39,079 nucleotides of DNA from Blastococcus sp. (lineage in GTDB: Bacteria > Actinomycetota > Actinomycetes > Mycobacteriales > Geodermatophilaceae). Shown in pieces: positions 1 to 10,045 of the stretch; position 1 is the first letter of the stretch, and every line of letters starts with the position of its first letter. A model generated the notes under the pieces. That model was given only the letters and a program-made list of their open reading frames with translations, had not been told where the DNA came from and searched no databases. Position numbers and translations under genes: made by a program. The stretch spans positions 1 through 39,079 of the forward strand of contig JAOPUS010000029.1 in the NCBI GenBank assembly GCA_025963345.1, read 5' to 3'.

Positions 1-147
1 CGAAGCGCGCCAGCGACGCCGCGACCGACAGGCGGGGTTGTCGGAGCGGGTCTCGTAGCCACCCAGTGGTCCTGTGGGGCACAACATGGATGTTAGATCC
101 GCTGCCGTTCCGGATCTGCGTCGTCGGTCGCGTCCCGTCACGTCCGG

Positions 148-195
148 CGTCACGGGGGCGGTGCTAGTCCTCGTCACGGGGGCGGTGCTAGTCCT
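148..195. repeat. Perfect 24-bp tandem duplication (CGTCACGGGGGCGGTGCTAGTCCT x2) upstream of the ABC gene
   Basis: Units at 148-171 and 172-195 are identical; the GGTGCTA core recurs inverted as TAGCACC at 212-218. Confidence 0.9.
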
Positions 196-241
196 AACGT
201 CCACTGGGCGATAGCACCTCCGGGCGGCCAGGCTCCACGCT

Positions 242-2119
242 ATGGCCGCGCATGCAGCACCTCCGGGACCCGGGGCGCTGCGGGTCGTCATGCCCTACCT
301 GCGTCCCGAGCGCGGGCGGCTTGCGTTGTCCGTGGGTGCGGCGACGCTCGAGGTCGGCTGCCGCCTGCTCGAGCCGTGGCCGCTGGCACTGGCGGTGGAC
401 TACGCGTTGGGCGGGCGACCGTTGAGCGGTCCGCTCCAGGCTCTCGCGGGTCTGGGCAGCACGGGCCTGCTGGTGTCTGCGGGTGTCGCGACCGTGGTGT
501 TCAGCGCAGTGGGCGGTTTGCTCGACGCCTGCTCTCAATCGCTCGCACAGTCGGCCGCGGAGCGGGTGGGGGGCGAGATGCGCGCCGCGGTGTTCGACCA
601 CGTGCTCGGTCTGTCGCTCCGGTGGCACGACCGGGTCCGCACGGGCGAGGTGCTCTCCCGGCTCAGTACGGACGTGGGGCGGGTCCTGGATGCCCTCGTC
701 GCCGTCTGCGCCACGCTGCTGCCCAGCGCGCTGCTGTTGGCGGGTGCGCTGACACTGCTGCTGGTCGTCGACCCCGCGCTGGCGGGGCTGGGGCTCGTGG
801 TGCTGCCCTTGCTCGCTTGGCTGACGGCGCGGCAGCGGCGGCGGGTCCGTGCGGCCGAACTCGCAGCCCGGGAGGCGAACGGCCGGCTCGCGGGCATCGC
901 GACCGACCTGCTGCGCAACGTGCGTGCGGTTCAGGCGTTCGGTCGGCTGGACCGTGCTGCTGCGATGTTCGCCCGGCCGAATGCCCGGGTCGTCGCCGCA
1001 GAGGTCCGCGCGCTCAGGACGCAGGCGTGGTGGTCGCCGGTGCCCGACGTCGTCCTCGCGCTCGGCGCCGGCACCGTCCTCGTCGTGGGGGGCCTGCAGG
1101 TGCAGCAGGGGGAGATCACCCTCGGGGGGCTCCTGGTGGTGCTGATGTACCTGGGCGACCTCCAGTCGCCGGTGCGCAGCCTGGTCCGGCTGATCAGCAC
1201 GCGGGCGAAGGCGGCGGCCAGCGCACTGCGGCTGGGCGAGGTTCTCGACTGCACGGAGGCGGTCGCCGATCCCGCCAGCCCGCAGCCGGTGCCTCCGGTG
1301 CGCGACGGGCTCCGGCTGGAGTCCGTCCGGTTCTCCTACAGCCCGGACCGGCCGGTGCTCTCCGGTTTCGACCTCGCTGTCGCCGCCGGTGAGGCGGTCT
1401 GTCTCTTCGGGCCGAGCGGGGCGGGCAAGAGCACCGTGCTGCACCTCCTGCTGCGCCTCTACGACGTCGACGCGGGCCGTGTGTTGATCGACGGGGTCGA
1501 CGTCCGGGCGCTGTCCGTCGTGGAGCTCAGGCGGCAGCTGGCGTTCGTGCCACAGGACCCCTGGCTGCTCGACGCCACGATCGCCGAGAACATCGCGTTC
1601 GGATCAGCCACCGCCACGCGGGCGCAGGTTCTCGCGGCCGGACGCGCGGCCTGGGTCGACGAGTTCGCGCTGTCGCTGCCGGAGGGGTACGACACGCCGC
1701 TGGGGGAGAGCGGCGTGCTGCTGTCCGGGGGGCAGCGCCGGCGGGTTGCGCTGGCCCGGGCCGTCGTCTCCTCGGCTCCCGTGGTGCTGTTGGACGAGCC
1801 GACGACGAGCCTGGACGCCGAGGCGGCCCGCCAGGTGGTCGGGGCCATCCGGTCCGCGACCCGGGACCGGACCGTTCTCCTGGTCACTCACGACCCCGTG
1901 CTCGCGGCCATCGCCGACCGCACGGTGCACGTCTCGCCCCAGTGGCGGGACGCCGTTCCGGAGAGCACGGCCCGGGGCGTTGCCCCGAGGGCCGTCAGCA
2001 TGCAGATTTCGGCTCGCTCGCCTGTTCCGGGCGACGTCGGCCCCACGAACTCATCCACCGCCGCCGGAGCTGACCGAGAGCGGGTCGGTACCGGCGTCCT
2101 AGAACCGGAGAGGAGGTGA
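242..2119 (+). CDS. ABC exporter, fused permease/ATP-binding (MsbA/ABCB-like half transporter)
   Basis: N-terminal hydrophobic helices; Walker A GPSGAGKST, Q-loop VPQD, signature LSGGQ, Walker B VLLDE, H-loop VTHD; no N-terminal C39 peptidase domain visible. Confidence 0.93.
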   Translation: MAAHAAPPGPGALRVVMPYLRPERGRLALSVGAATLEVGCRLLEPWPLALAVDYALGGRPLSGPLQALAGLGSTGLLVSAGVATVVFSAVGGLLDACSQSLAQSAAERVGGEMRAAVFDHVLGLSLRWHDRVRTGEVLSRLSTDVGRVLDALVAVCATLLPSALLLAGALTLLLVVDPALAGLGLVVLPLLAWLTARQRRRVRAAELAAREANGRLAGIATDLLRNVRAVQAFGRLDRAAAMFARPNARVVAAEVRALRTQAWWSPVPDVVLALGAGTVLVVGGLQVQQGEITLGGLLVVLMYLGDLQSPVRSLVRLISTRAKAAASALRLGEVLDCTEAVADPASPQPVPPVRDGLRLESVRFSYSPDRPVLSGFDLAVAAGEAVCLFGPSGAGKSTVLHLLLRLYDVDAGRVLIDGVDVRALSVVELRRQLAFVPQDPWLLDATIAENIAFGSATATRAQVLAAGRAAWVDEFALSLPEGYDTPLGESGVLLSGGQRRRVALARAVVSSAPVVLLDEPTTSLDAEAARQVVGAIRSATRDRTVLLVTHDPVLAAIADRTVHVSPQWRDAVPESTARGVAPRAVSMQISARSPVPGDVGPTNSSTAAGADRERVGTGVLEPERR

Positions 2120-2125
2120 GAAACC

Positions 2126-2251
2126 ATGTACGCCAACCGTGTCCTCGGTGAGGTGTCCGCACCTCGTTGGGACGACCATCGCGACGACCGGCACAAGGAC
2201 CGCGACCGCGACCGCCGCCGCAGCCGTGATCGTCACGACAGGAAGTGGTGA
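2126..2251 (+). CDS. 41-aa micro-protein MYANRVLGEVSAPRWDDHRDDRHKDRDRDRRRSRDRHDRKW (putative precursor peptide)
   Basis: Translated by hand (below the ORF-track cutoff); SD AGGAGGTGA at 2111-2119 overlaps the ABC stop codon and ends 6 nt before the ATG; TGA at 2249-2251 is followed by a strong hairpin. Confidence 0.75.
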   Translation: MYANRVLGEVSAPRWDDHRDDRHKDRDRDRRRSRDRHDRKW

Positions 2252-2258
2252 GTCCGAC

Positions 2259-2296
2259 CGTCGTCCCGCCGGGCCTTAGGCCCCGGCGGGACGACG
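2259..2296 (+). terminator. GC-rich 15-bp stem-loop after the micro-ORF (partial terminator or mRNA stabiliser)
   Basis: CGTCGTCCCGCCGGG (2259-2273) pairs perfectly with CCCGGCGGGACGACG (2282-2296); no U-tract. Confidence 0.7.
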
Positions 2297-2343
2297 ATCA
2301 CCGGCCACGGTCCTGACGGGCCTGGCTCCGACGAGGGGGCGAT

Positions 2344-3234
2344 GTGGAACCGCACGCGGCGTCGATGGAGAGCCGCCTCGGCGACGGTCGTCCCGGGTGG
2401 GACCCCGAGCCCGGGGCACCCTTGGTCCCCGGGCTCCTCGCGGGGGAACGGATGACGGTCGGCTACCACCGGGAGACCTGGCTGTGCTGGTCGGTGGGCC
2501 TCTGGGCGCCGGCGGTGGTCAAGATCGTGCGCCCGGGCTGGTCGCGGCAGTGGACCGAGGCCCTCGACCGTGAGGTGCGGGCGCTGAGGAACGTGGCGCA
2601 TCCCGCCGTCCCCCGGCTGCTCGGAGACGGCCGACAGAACTGCCCGCCGTACATCGCGGTGGAGTACCTCGACGGGCCGGCCCTGGACGAGTGCGTCGAG
2701 GCCGACGGTCCGTTGCCGGCGGGTGACACCGCCCGACTGGGCGTCCTGGTTCTCGGTGCCTTGAGGGCCCTGCACGCCACGGGGAACGCCCACCTGGACA
2801 TCAGCCCGGACAACGTCCTGCTCGTCGATCGCCGGCCCCGGCTGGTCGATCTCGGTGCATCCCGCCCGCTGGGTTCCGAGCTGCAGCCCGGGGAGGAGTT
2901 CGGCACCGACGGGTTCATCGCCCCCGAGCTCGCGGGCGCTCCCGGGGGCCGGGTGACCGCGGCAATGGACGTCTACAGCCTCGGTGCCACTCTGCTGGCG
3001 GTCCTGGACGAGGCCAGCGACGGCGCCGACCACATGGCCGACCGGTTGGCGGCCCTCACCGCCTCCGATCCCGACCGCCGCCCCGGCGTCGACCTCGCGA
3101 TGTCCTCGCTGAGCCGGTGCGCGGGAGCAGGGGCAGCCCCGCCGTGGCCGCGGTGGGCCGATCGGCACCTGCCTCGACCGCCGCGCCGCCGTCGGGCACG
3201 GCGGCCCGGGCTCACCAGCGTCGCGCGCGGCTGA
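2344..3234 (+). CDS. Soluble Hanks-type Ser/Thr protein kinase-like protein (atypical, non-RD)
   Basis: AVVK, helix-C E (DREV), HLDISPDN, DLG, GTDGFIAPE, DVYSLG; no TM or PASTA domain; purine-rich GAGGGGG before the GTG. Confidence 0.88.
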   Translation: MEPHAASMESRLGDGRPGWDPEPGAPLVPGLLAGERMTVGYHRETWLCWSVGLWAPAVVKIVRPGWSRQWTEALDREVRALRNVAHPAVPRLLGDGRQNCPPYIAVEYLDGPALDECVEADGPLPAGDTARLGVLVLGALRALHATGNAHLDISPDNVLLVDRRPRLVDLGASRPLGSELQPGEEFGTDGFIAPELAGAPGGRVTAAMDVYSLGATLLAVLDEASDGADHMADRLAALTASDPDRRPGVDLAMSSLSRCAGAGAAPPWPRWADRHLPRPPRRRRARRPGLTSVARG

Positions 3235-3274
3235 TCGACCGGATGCGTGGCGGCTCGACCGGATGCGTGGCGGC
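3235..3274. repeat. Perfect 20-bp tandem duplication (TCGACCGGATGCGTGGCGGC x2)
   Basis: Units at 3235-3254 and 3255-3274 are identical, immediately after the kinase stop. Confidence 0.9.
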
Positions 3275-3307
3275 CCGCTGGTCCCGGTCTGGGGGTCGAG
3301 GCGTCGC

Positions 3308-3937
3308 TCAGAACGGACCGGCGGCACCCAGAGCGCCGGCCTGGGACCGGTAGCGGGCGCCCGTCACCAGGACGTGGTCCACGACGGCGTCGGCCAGCCA
3401 GGCCACCGGACCGGTCGCGGCCATCAGCTCGTCCGGGCGCCGTCCGGGGGCCCAGACCTCGAGGTCCTGCAACCCGGCCACGGCGGCCACCGCAGCCACG
3501 CAGGCGTCGGCCGGGGACAGAGCAGCAACCTCCTCATCCGGCAGGCGCGCCCGGTCGCGGTCGGTCTCCTCCGGGCGCAGGTCGGCGTAGCGCCGACCGA
3601 ACCCGAGCGGCCCGGAGCGGCGTTCCCACCGGCCTGAGGACACGTTGGCCGCCGCGACGTCCCGCAACCCGATCCGCTTCTCGTCCAGCCAGCCGTCGAG
3701 GGACCTCTCGGGCTCGACCGCGATCGCGGCCAGCAGCCGGTCGGCGGGATCGAACCCGGTGGGTGTGGGATCGATGACGACGCTGTCCTCGGCCGACTCC
3801 ACGCGGCCCGCGAGCGCGAGATCCAGCAGGAGGCCCCCGCGGACCGCGGTTCCGCACAGCAGCATCTGTGACAGGCGCCCGCTCTCGCCCAGGCACAGCG
3901 ACGCGATGCGCACCGACACCCCGCGGGTCAGGTCCAC
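3308..3937 (-). CDS. GPP34 (GOLPH3/Vps74-like) family protein
   Basis: [13 protein letters not shown] and PTG..PAD motifs typical of actinobacterial GPP34 proteins; TAGCCT -10 lies 6 nt before the GTG. Confidence 0.65.
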   Translation of the reverse strand: MDLTRGVSVRIASLCLGESGRLSQMLLCGTAVRGGLLLDLALAGRVESAEDSVVIDPTPTGFDPADRLLAAIAVEPERSLDGWLDEKRIGLRDVAAANVSSGRWERRSGPLGFGRRYADLRPEETDRDRARLPDEEVAALSPADACVAAVAAVAGLQDLEVWAPGRRPDELMAATGPVAWLADAVVDHVLVTGARYRSQAGALGAAGPF

Positions 3938-4003
3938 GGTGGCAGGCTAGGCGCCGGGCGCGAGTTCGGGTACGTGACCGCGGCCCACCTAGACTCGGCA
4001 GAC

Positions 4004-4675
4004 GTGTCCCGCGAACCCATGATCGCTCCCAGCCTGCTGTCGGCGGACTTCGCCCGGCTGGCCGAGGAGACCCAGCGGGTCGCCGACGCCGACTGGCTGC
4101 ACGTCGACGTCATGGACGCGCACTTCGTGCCGAACCTGACGCTCGGCCTTCCGGTGGTGCAGGCCATCCAGGCGGTGAGCCCGATCCCGCTCGACTGCCA
4201 CCTGATGATCGACAACCCGGAGCGCTGGGCGCCCGGCTACGCCGAGATCGGCGCGTACAACGTCACCGTGCATGCCGAGGCGTGCACCGAGCCCCGCGCC
4301 GTCGCCCGCGACATCCGGGCGGCGGGCGCGCTTGCCGGACTGGCGGTCAAGCCGGGCACGCCGCTCGAGGACTACATCGACGTCCTGACCGACTTCGACA
4401 CGCTCCTGGTGATGACCGTCGAGCCAGGCTTCGGCGGGCAGTCGTTCATCGCCGACGTCCTCCCCAAGGTCCGCAAGGCCCGCGAACTGGTCGACACCGG
4501 CCACCTGAAACTGTTCGTCGAGGTCGACGGCGGGATCAACGCCGACACCATCGAGCAGGCCGCCGCAGCCGGGGCCGACGTGTTCGTGGCCGGTTCAGCC
4601 GTCTACGGCGCCGAGGATCCGGCGAAGGCGATCGCCGCGCTGCGGGCCCAGGCCGCCGCGGCGATGTCCGGGTGA
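4004..4675 (+). CDS. rpe: Ribulose-phosphate 3-epimerase
   Basis: [42 protein letters not shown]; start uncertain (3974, 4004 or 4019); TAGACT at 3990-3995 favours 4004. Confidence 0.96.
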   Translation: MSREPMIAPSLLSADFARLAEETQRVADADWLHVDVMDAHFVPNLTLGLPVVQAIQAVSPIPLDCHLMIDNPERWAPGYAEIGAYNVTVHAEACTEPRAVARDIRAAGALAGLAVKPGTPLEDYIDVLTDFDTLLVMTVEPGFGGQSFIADVLPKVRKARELVDTGHLKLFVEVDGGINADTIEQAAAAGADVFVAGSAVYGAEDPAKAIAALRAQAAAAMSG

Positions 4676-5787
4676 GCAGCAGGGACGCCGAACGCCGTGC
4701 CAGTGCTCGGGCGCACGAGTCCAGCGCCAGTGCTCGGGCGCACGAGTCCAGCGCCATGGCCCGCGCGCGCGAGCTCGGTGAGTCCGTCCTCGGCACGACC
4801 AGCCCCAACCCGGCCGTGGGTGCGGTGGTCCTGGCCGCTGACGGGACGCCGGTGGGGGAGGGTGCGACGGCCGCGCCGGGCGGTCCGCATGCCGAGGTGA
4901 CCGCACTGGCGCAGGCCGGTGAGCGGGCCCGTGGCGGCACCGCCGTCGTCACCCTGGAGCCCTGTGCGCACACCGGCCGCACCGGCCCGTGCGCCGACGC
5001 CCTGCTGGCCGCCGGCATCGTCCGCGTCGTCGTCGCCGTGCCCGAGCCCACCGAGCTGGCCGGTGGGGGAGCGGACCGGTTGCGGGCCGCCGGGGTGGAC
5101 GTCGAACTGGGCGTGGAGCAGGCCGAAGCCGAGGCCGGTGCGCTGTCGGGCTGGCTGACCGGCGTCCGGGAGCAGCGGCCGTTCGTCGTCTGGAAGGTCG
5201 CCGCCACCCTCGACGGGCGGGTCGCCGCCGCCGACGGCACGAGCCGCTGGATCACAGGGGACCAGGCACGCGCGGCCGTCCACCGGCTGCGCGCCACCTG
5301 CGACGCCGTCGTCGTCGGATCGGGGACGGCGCTGGCCGACGACCCGCAGCTCACCGTCCGCGACGCCGACGGCCGGAACCTCGCGCGGCAGCCCCTGCGG
5401 GTCGTCGTCGACCGCCGGGACCGCCTGCCGGCGACCGCCCGGGTACTGGACGACGCGGCCCCCACGCACGTGAGCCGGGCCGCGAACCCGGCCACCCTGC
5501 TCGCCGAACTCTTCGACCGCGACGTGCGGCGAGTGCTCCTCGAGGGCGGCCCGACACTCACCGCCGCGTTCCTGCGCGACGGCCTCGTCGACGAGGCCGT
5601 GGTGCATCTCGCACCGACGTTCCTCGGTGCGGGTCCCTCCCTGGTGGGGGACCTGGGAATCAGCACGATCAGCGACGCGCTGTCCCTGTCGCTCGTCGAC
5701 GTCACCCCGTTGGGCGGGGACGTGCAGATACGCCTGCGCCCGACCCGTCACACTGGGGGTCACCAGCACGCGGACGGAAGGAGTTGA
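4672..5787 (+). CDS. ribD: Bifunctional diaminohydroxyphosphoribosylaminopyrimidine deaminase / reductase
   Basis: [40 protein letters not shown]; GTGA overlap with rpe (alternative ATG at 4756). Confidence 0.95.
   Translation: MSSRDAERRASARAHESSASARAHESSAMARARELGESVLGTTSPNPAVGAVVLAADGTPVGEGATAAPGGPHAEVTALAQAGERARGGTAVVTLEPCAHTGRTGPCADALLAAGIVRVVVAVPEPTELAGGGADRLRAAGVDVELGVEQAEAEAGALSGWLTGVREQRPFVVWKVAATLDGRVAAADGTSRWITGDQARAAVHRLRATCDAVVVGSGTALADDPQLTVRDADGRNLARQPLRVVVDRRDRLPATARVLDDAAPTHVSRAANPATLLAELFDRDVRRVLLEGGPTLTAAFLRDGLVDEAVVHLAPTFLGAGPSLVGDLGISTISDALSLSLVDVTPLGGDVQIRLRPTRHTGGHQHADGRS
4699..4752. repeat. Perfect in-frame 27-bp tandem duplication at the ribD 5' end (ASARAHESS x2)
   Basis: GCCAGTGCTCGGGCGCACGAGTCCAGC at 4699-4725 and 4726-4752. 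Confidence 0.9.
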
Positions 5788-5788
5788 G

Positions 5789-6423
5789 GTGTTCACCGGC
5801 ATAGTCGAAGAGGTGGGCACCCTCGTCGTCCGCGAGGACCAGATCGCCGGGGGGCAAGCCATAGCGGCCGTCCTGCAGATCCGCGCGCGCACGGTGCTCC
5901 AGGACGTCTCCCTCGGCGACTCGATCGCTGTCAACGGTGTCTGCCTGACCGTCACGGGCGTGCAGCCCGACGCCGACGGCGCGGGCATCTGGAGCACCGA
6001 CGTCATGGCCGAGACCCTGAGCCGCAGCAGCCTGGGCTCGATGACCGCCGGAGCCCCGGTGAACCTGGAGCGCGCGGTCACCCCGCACACCCGTCTCGGA
6101 GGGCACCTCATGCAGGGCCACGTCGACGGGATCGGCGCGATCCTCGGCCGCGTCCCCGGCGAGCACTGGGAGGTCGTGCGGATCGCCCTGCCGGCCGACC
6201 TCGCCCGTTACGTCGTCGAGAAGGGCTCGATCGCCGTCGACGGCGTCTCGCTCACCGTCAGCGCGGTCAGCGCCACAGACATCCCCGAGCCCTGGTTCGA
6301 GGTCAGCCTCATTCCCACCACCCTCCGCGAGACCACGCTCGGTGCGCGCGACCCGGGGGAGCCCGTCAACCTGGAGGTCGACGTGATCGCCAAATACGTG
6401 GAGCGACTGATGGGAGGCCGATC

Positions 6424-6427
<4 letters not shown>
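5789..6427 (+). CDS. ribE: Riboflavin synthase (alpha)
   Basis: MFTGIVEE N-terminus, [41 protein letters not shown]; SD GGAAGGAG. Confidence 0.97.
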
Positions 6428-8530
<2,103 letters not shown>

Positions 8531-8565
8531 TCTTGGTTTCCCGATCCCCTGAAGGAGCTCGTCCC

Positions 8566-9432
8566 GTGCTGCGCATCGCCGTGCCCAACAAGGGCGTCCT
8601 GAGCGAGCCCGCCGCGGAGATGCTCGCCGAGAGCGGGTACCGCCAGCGCCGCAGCACCAAGGACCTCGCGGTCTACGACCCCGACAACGACACCGAGTTC
8701 TTCTACCTGCGCCCGCGCGACATCGCCGTCTACGTCGCCGCGGGCACCCTGGACGTCGGCATCACCGGGCGCGACATGCTCTTGGAGACCGCGCCCGACA
8801 GCGGCGAGGGGCGCGCGGCCGTCGAGGTCATGCCGCTGGGCTTCGGCCGCTCGTCCTTCCGGTTCGCCACGCCGGTGGAGTCCGGGATCGAGCGGATCGA
8901 CCAGCTGGCCGGCAAGCGGATCGCCACTGCCTACCCGGTGCTGCTGCGGCGCCACCTCGAGGAGTCCGGGATCGAGGCCGGCGTGGTCAAGCTCGACGGC
9001 GCCGTGGAGACCGCCTGCCGGCTCGGCGTGGCCGATGCGGTGTGCGACGTCGTGGAGACCGGGACGACGCTGCGCGCCGCGGGCCTGCACATCATCGGCG
9101 AACCGGTGCTCACCAGCGAGGCCATCCTCGTCCGCCGGGAGGGCGCGGAAGAGATCCCGGCGGTGGCGCAATTGCGTCGCAGGCTGCGCGGGGTGATGGT
9201 GGCCCGCCAGTACGTGCTGCTCGACTACGACTGCCCGAACGAGCTCCTGGAGAAGGCCACGGCGGTGACGCCCGGTCTCGAGGGGCCGACGGTGAGCCCG
9301 CTGCAGACGCCGGGGTGGTCGGCGGTCCGGGCGATGGTGCGGCAGACCGACACCAACCGGGTGATGGACGAGCTCTGGGAGCTGGGCGCCCGAGCCATCC
9401 TGGTCACCAGCATTCACGCCTCACGCATCTGA
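8566..9432 (+). CDS. hisG: ATP phosphoribosyltransferase (long form)
   Basis: LRIAVPNKG, LRPRDI, DVGITGRD, IATAYP, LDGAVE, DVVETGTTL, TPGLEGPTVSPL; SD GAAGGAG before the GTG. Confidence 0.97.
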   Translation: MLRIAVPNKGVLSEPAAEMLAESGYRQRRSTKDLAVYDPDNDTEFFYLRPRDIAVYVAAGTLDVGITGRDMLLETAPDSGEGRAAVEVMPLGFGRSSFRFATPVESGIERIDQLAGKRIATAYPVLLRRHLEESGIEAGVVKLDGAVETACRLGVADAVCDVVETGTTLRAAGLHIIGEPVLTSEAILVRREGAEEIPAVAQLRRRLRGVMVARQYVLLDYDCPNELLEKATAVTPGLEGPTVSPLQTPGWSAVRAMVRQTDTNRVMDELWELGARAILVTSIHASRI

Positions 9433-9434
9433 AG

Positions 9435-9492
9435 AAGGACCCCGCTGCCCCCGCCACTCGCAGGCTCGCGGCGGAACCCCGCAGCGGGGCCG
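9435..9492 (+). repeat. Dispersed structured intergenic repeat, copy 1 (REP-like)
   Basis: AAGGAC-CCCGCTGCCCC...CTCGC.GGCTCGCGGCGG.ACCC.GCAGCGGGGCCG; homologous to 31865-31923. Confidence 0.8.
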
Positions 9493-9506
9493 ATCGTCAG
9501 ACCCTC

Positions 9507-9983
9507 GTGCGCATACTGCTGCCGCTGCTGACCCTGCTCGCTCTGCTGACCGGCTGCGCCCAGTCGGCGGCGGACACCGGTGCCGACGGTTCGGAGAACG
9601 GGACGGCGGCGCCGGACGGGAACGGCGCGGCCGGCGGGATCTCCCGGGCCGAGAACGATCTGGTCGTCCGGGTGGACCGCGGCGACGGTACGGCGCCGGA
9701 GAGCTGGACCCTGACCTGCGTCGCCTCCGCCGCCGGCACCCACCCGCATGCCGAGGCCGCCTGCGCGCACCTGAAGGGGATGGCCGACCCGTTCGCCCCG
9801 ATCCCCGACGACGTCGCCTGCACCGAGCAGTACGGCGGCCCCCAGTCCGCGCACATCGCCGGCCTCTGGGGTGGCGAGTCCGTGGACCTCGAGGTCACCC
9901 GGGTCGACGGCTGCCGGATCAGCCAGTGGGACAGCCTGGGCCCGCTGCTCCCCGCCCCGGTCGGGGTCGAACCGCCGGCCTGA
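9507..9983 (+). CDS. SSI (Streptomyces subtilisin inhibitor-like) family lipoprotein
   Basis: Lipobox LTG-C; WTLTC...GTHP.AEAAC..L, reactive-loop CTEQYGGP, C-terminal DGC..W. Confidence 0.8.
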   Translation: MRILLPLLTLLALLTGCAQSAADTGADGSENGTAAPDGNGAAGGISRAENDLVVRVDRGDGTAPESWTLTCVASAAGTHPHAEAACAHLKGMADPFAPIPDDVACTEQYGGPQSAHIAGLWGGESVDLEVTRVDGCRISQWDSLGPLLPAPVGVEPPA

Positions 9984-9995
9984 CCGGACGCCAAG

Positions 9996-10038
9996 CGCCG
10001 AGAGCCCCTTCTCCCGTGCGGAGAAGGGGCTCTCGGCG
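9996..10038. terminator. Bidirectional intrinsic terminator hairpin
   Basis: 19-bp perfect stem CGCCGAGAGCCCCTTCTCC / GGAGAAGGGGCTCTCGGCG between convergent genes. Confidence 0.8.
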
Positions 10039-10045
10039 TCGTGGG

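Noticed and set aside
1-87. Possible 5' end of a divergent minus-strand gene (ATG 87 or GTG 62)
   Set aside because: Too short, with no recognisable motif; needs sequence left of the window.
194-1444. 416-aa minus-strand ORF and other long antisense ORFs (e.g. 6208-7650, 16129-17718, 23209-26031, 30087-33299, 36530-38254)
   Set aside because: Shadow ORFs of well-supported genes, expected in high-GC DNA; no family motifs.
2344-3234. Class III/IV lanthipeptide synthetase interpretation
   Set aside because: Only 296 aa, no lyase or cyclase domain, and the peptide has no Cys.
3868-4671. N-terminal extension making RibD 639 aa
   Set aside because: It overlaps rpe in another frame and is Arg-rich noise; the real start is at 4672 or later.
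148-4752. CRISPR interpretation of the 20-27 bp repeats
   Set aside because: Each is a two-copy tandem with no spacers, the units are unrelated, and no cas genes are present.
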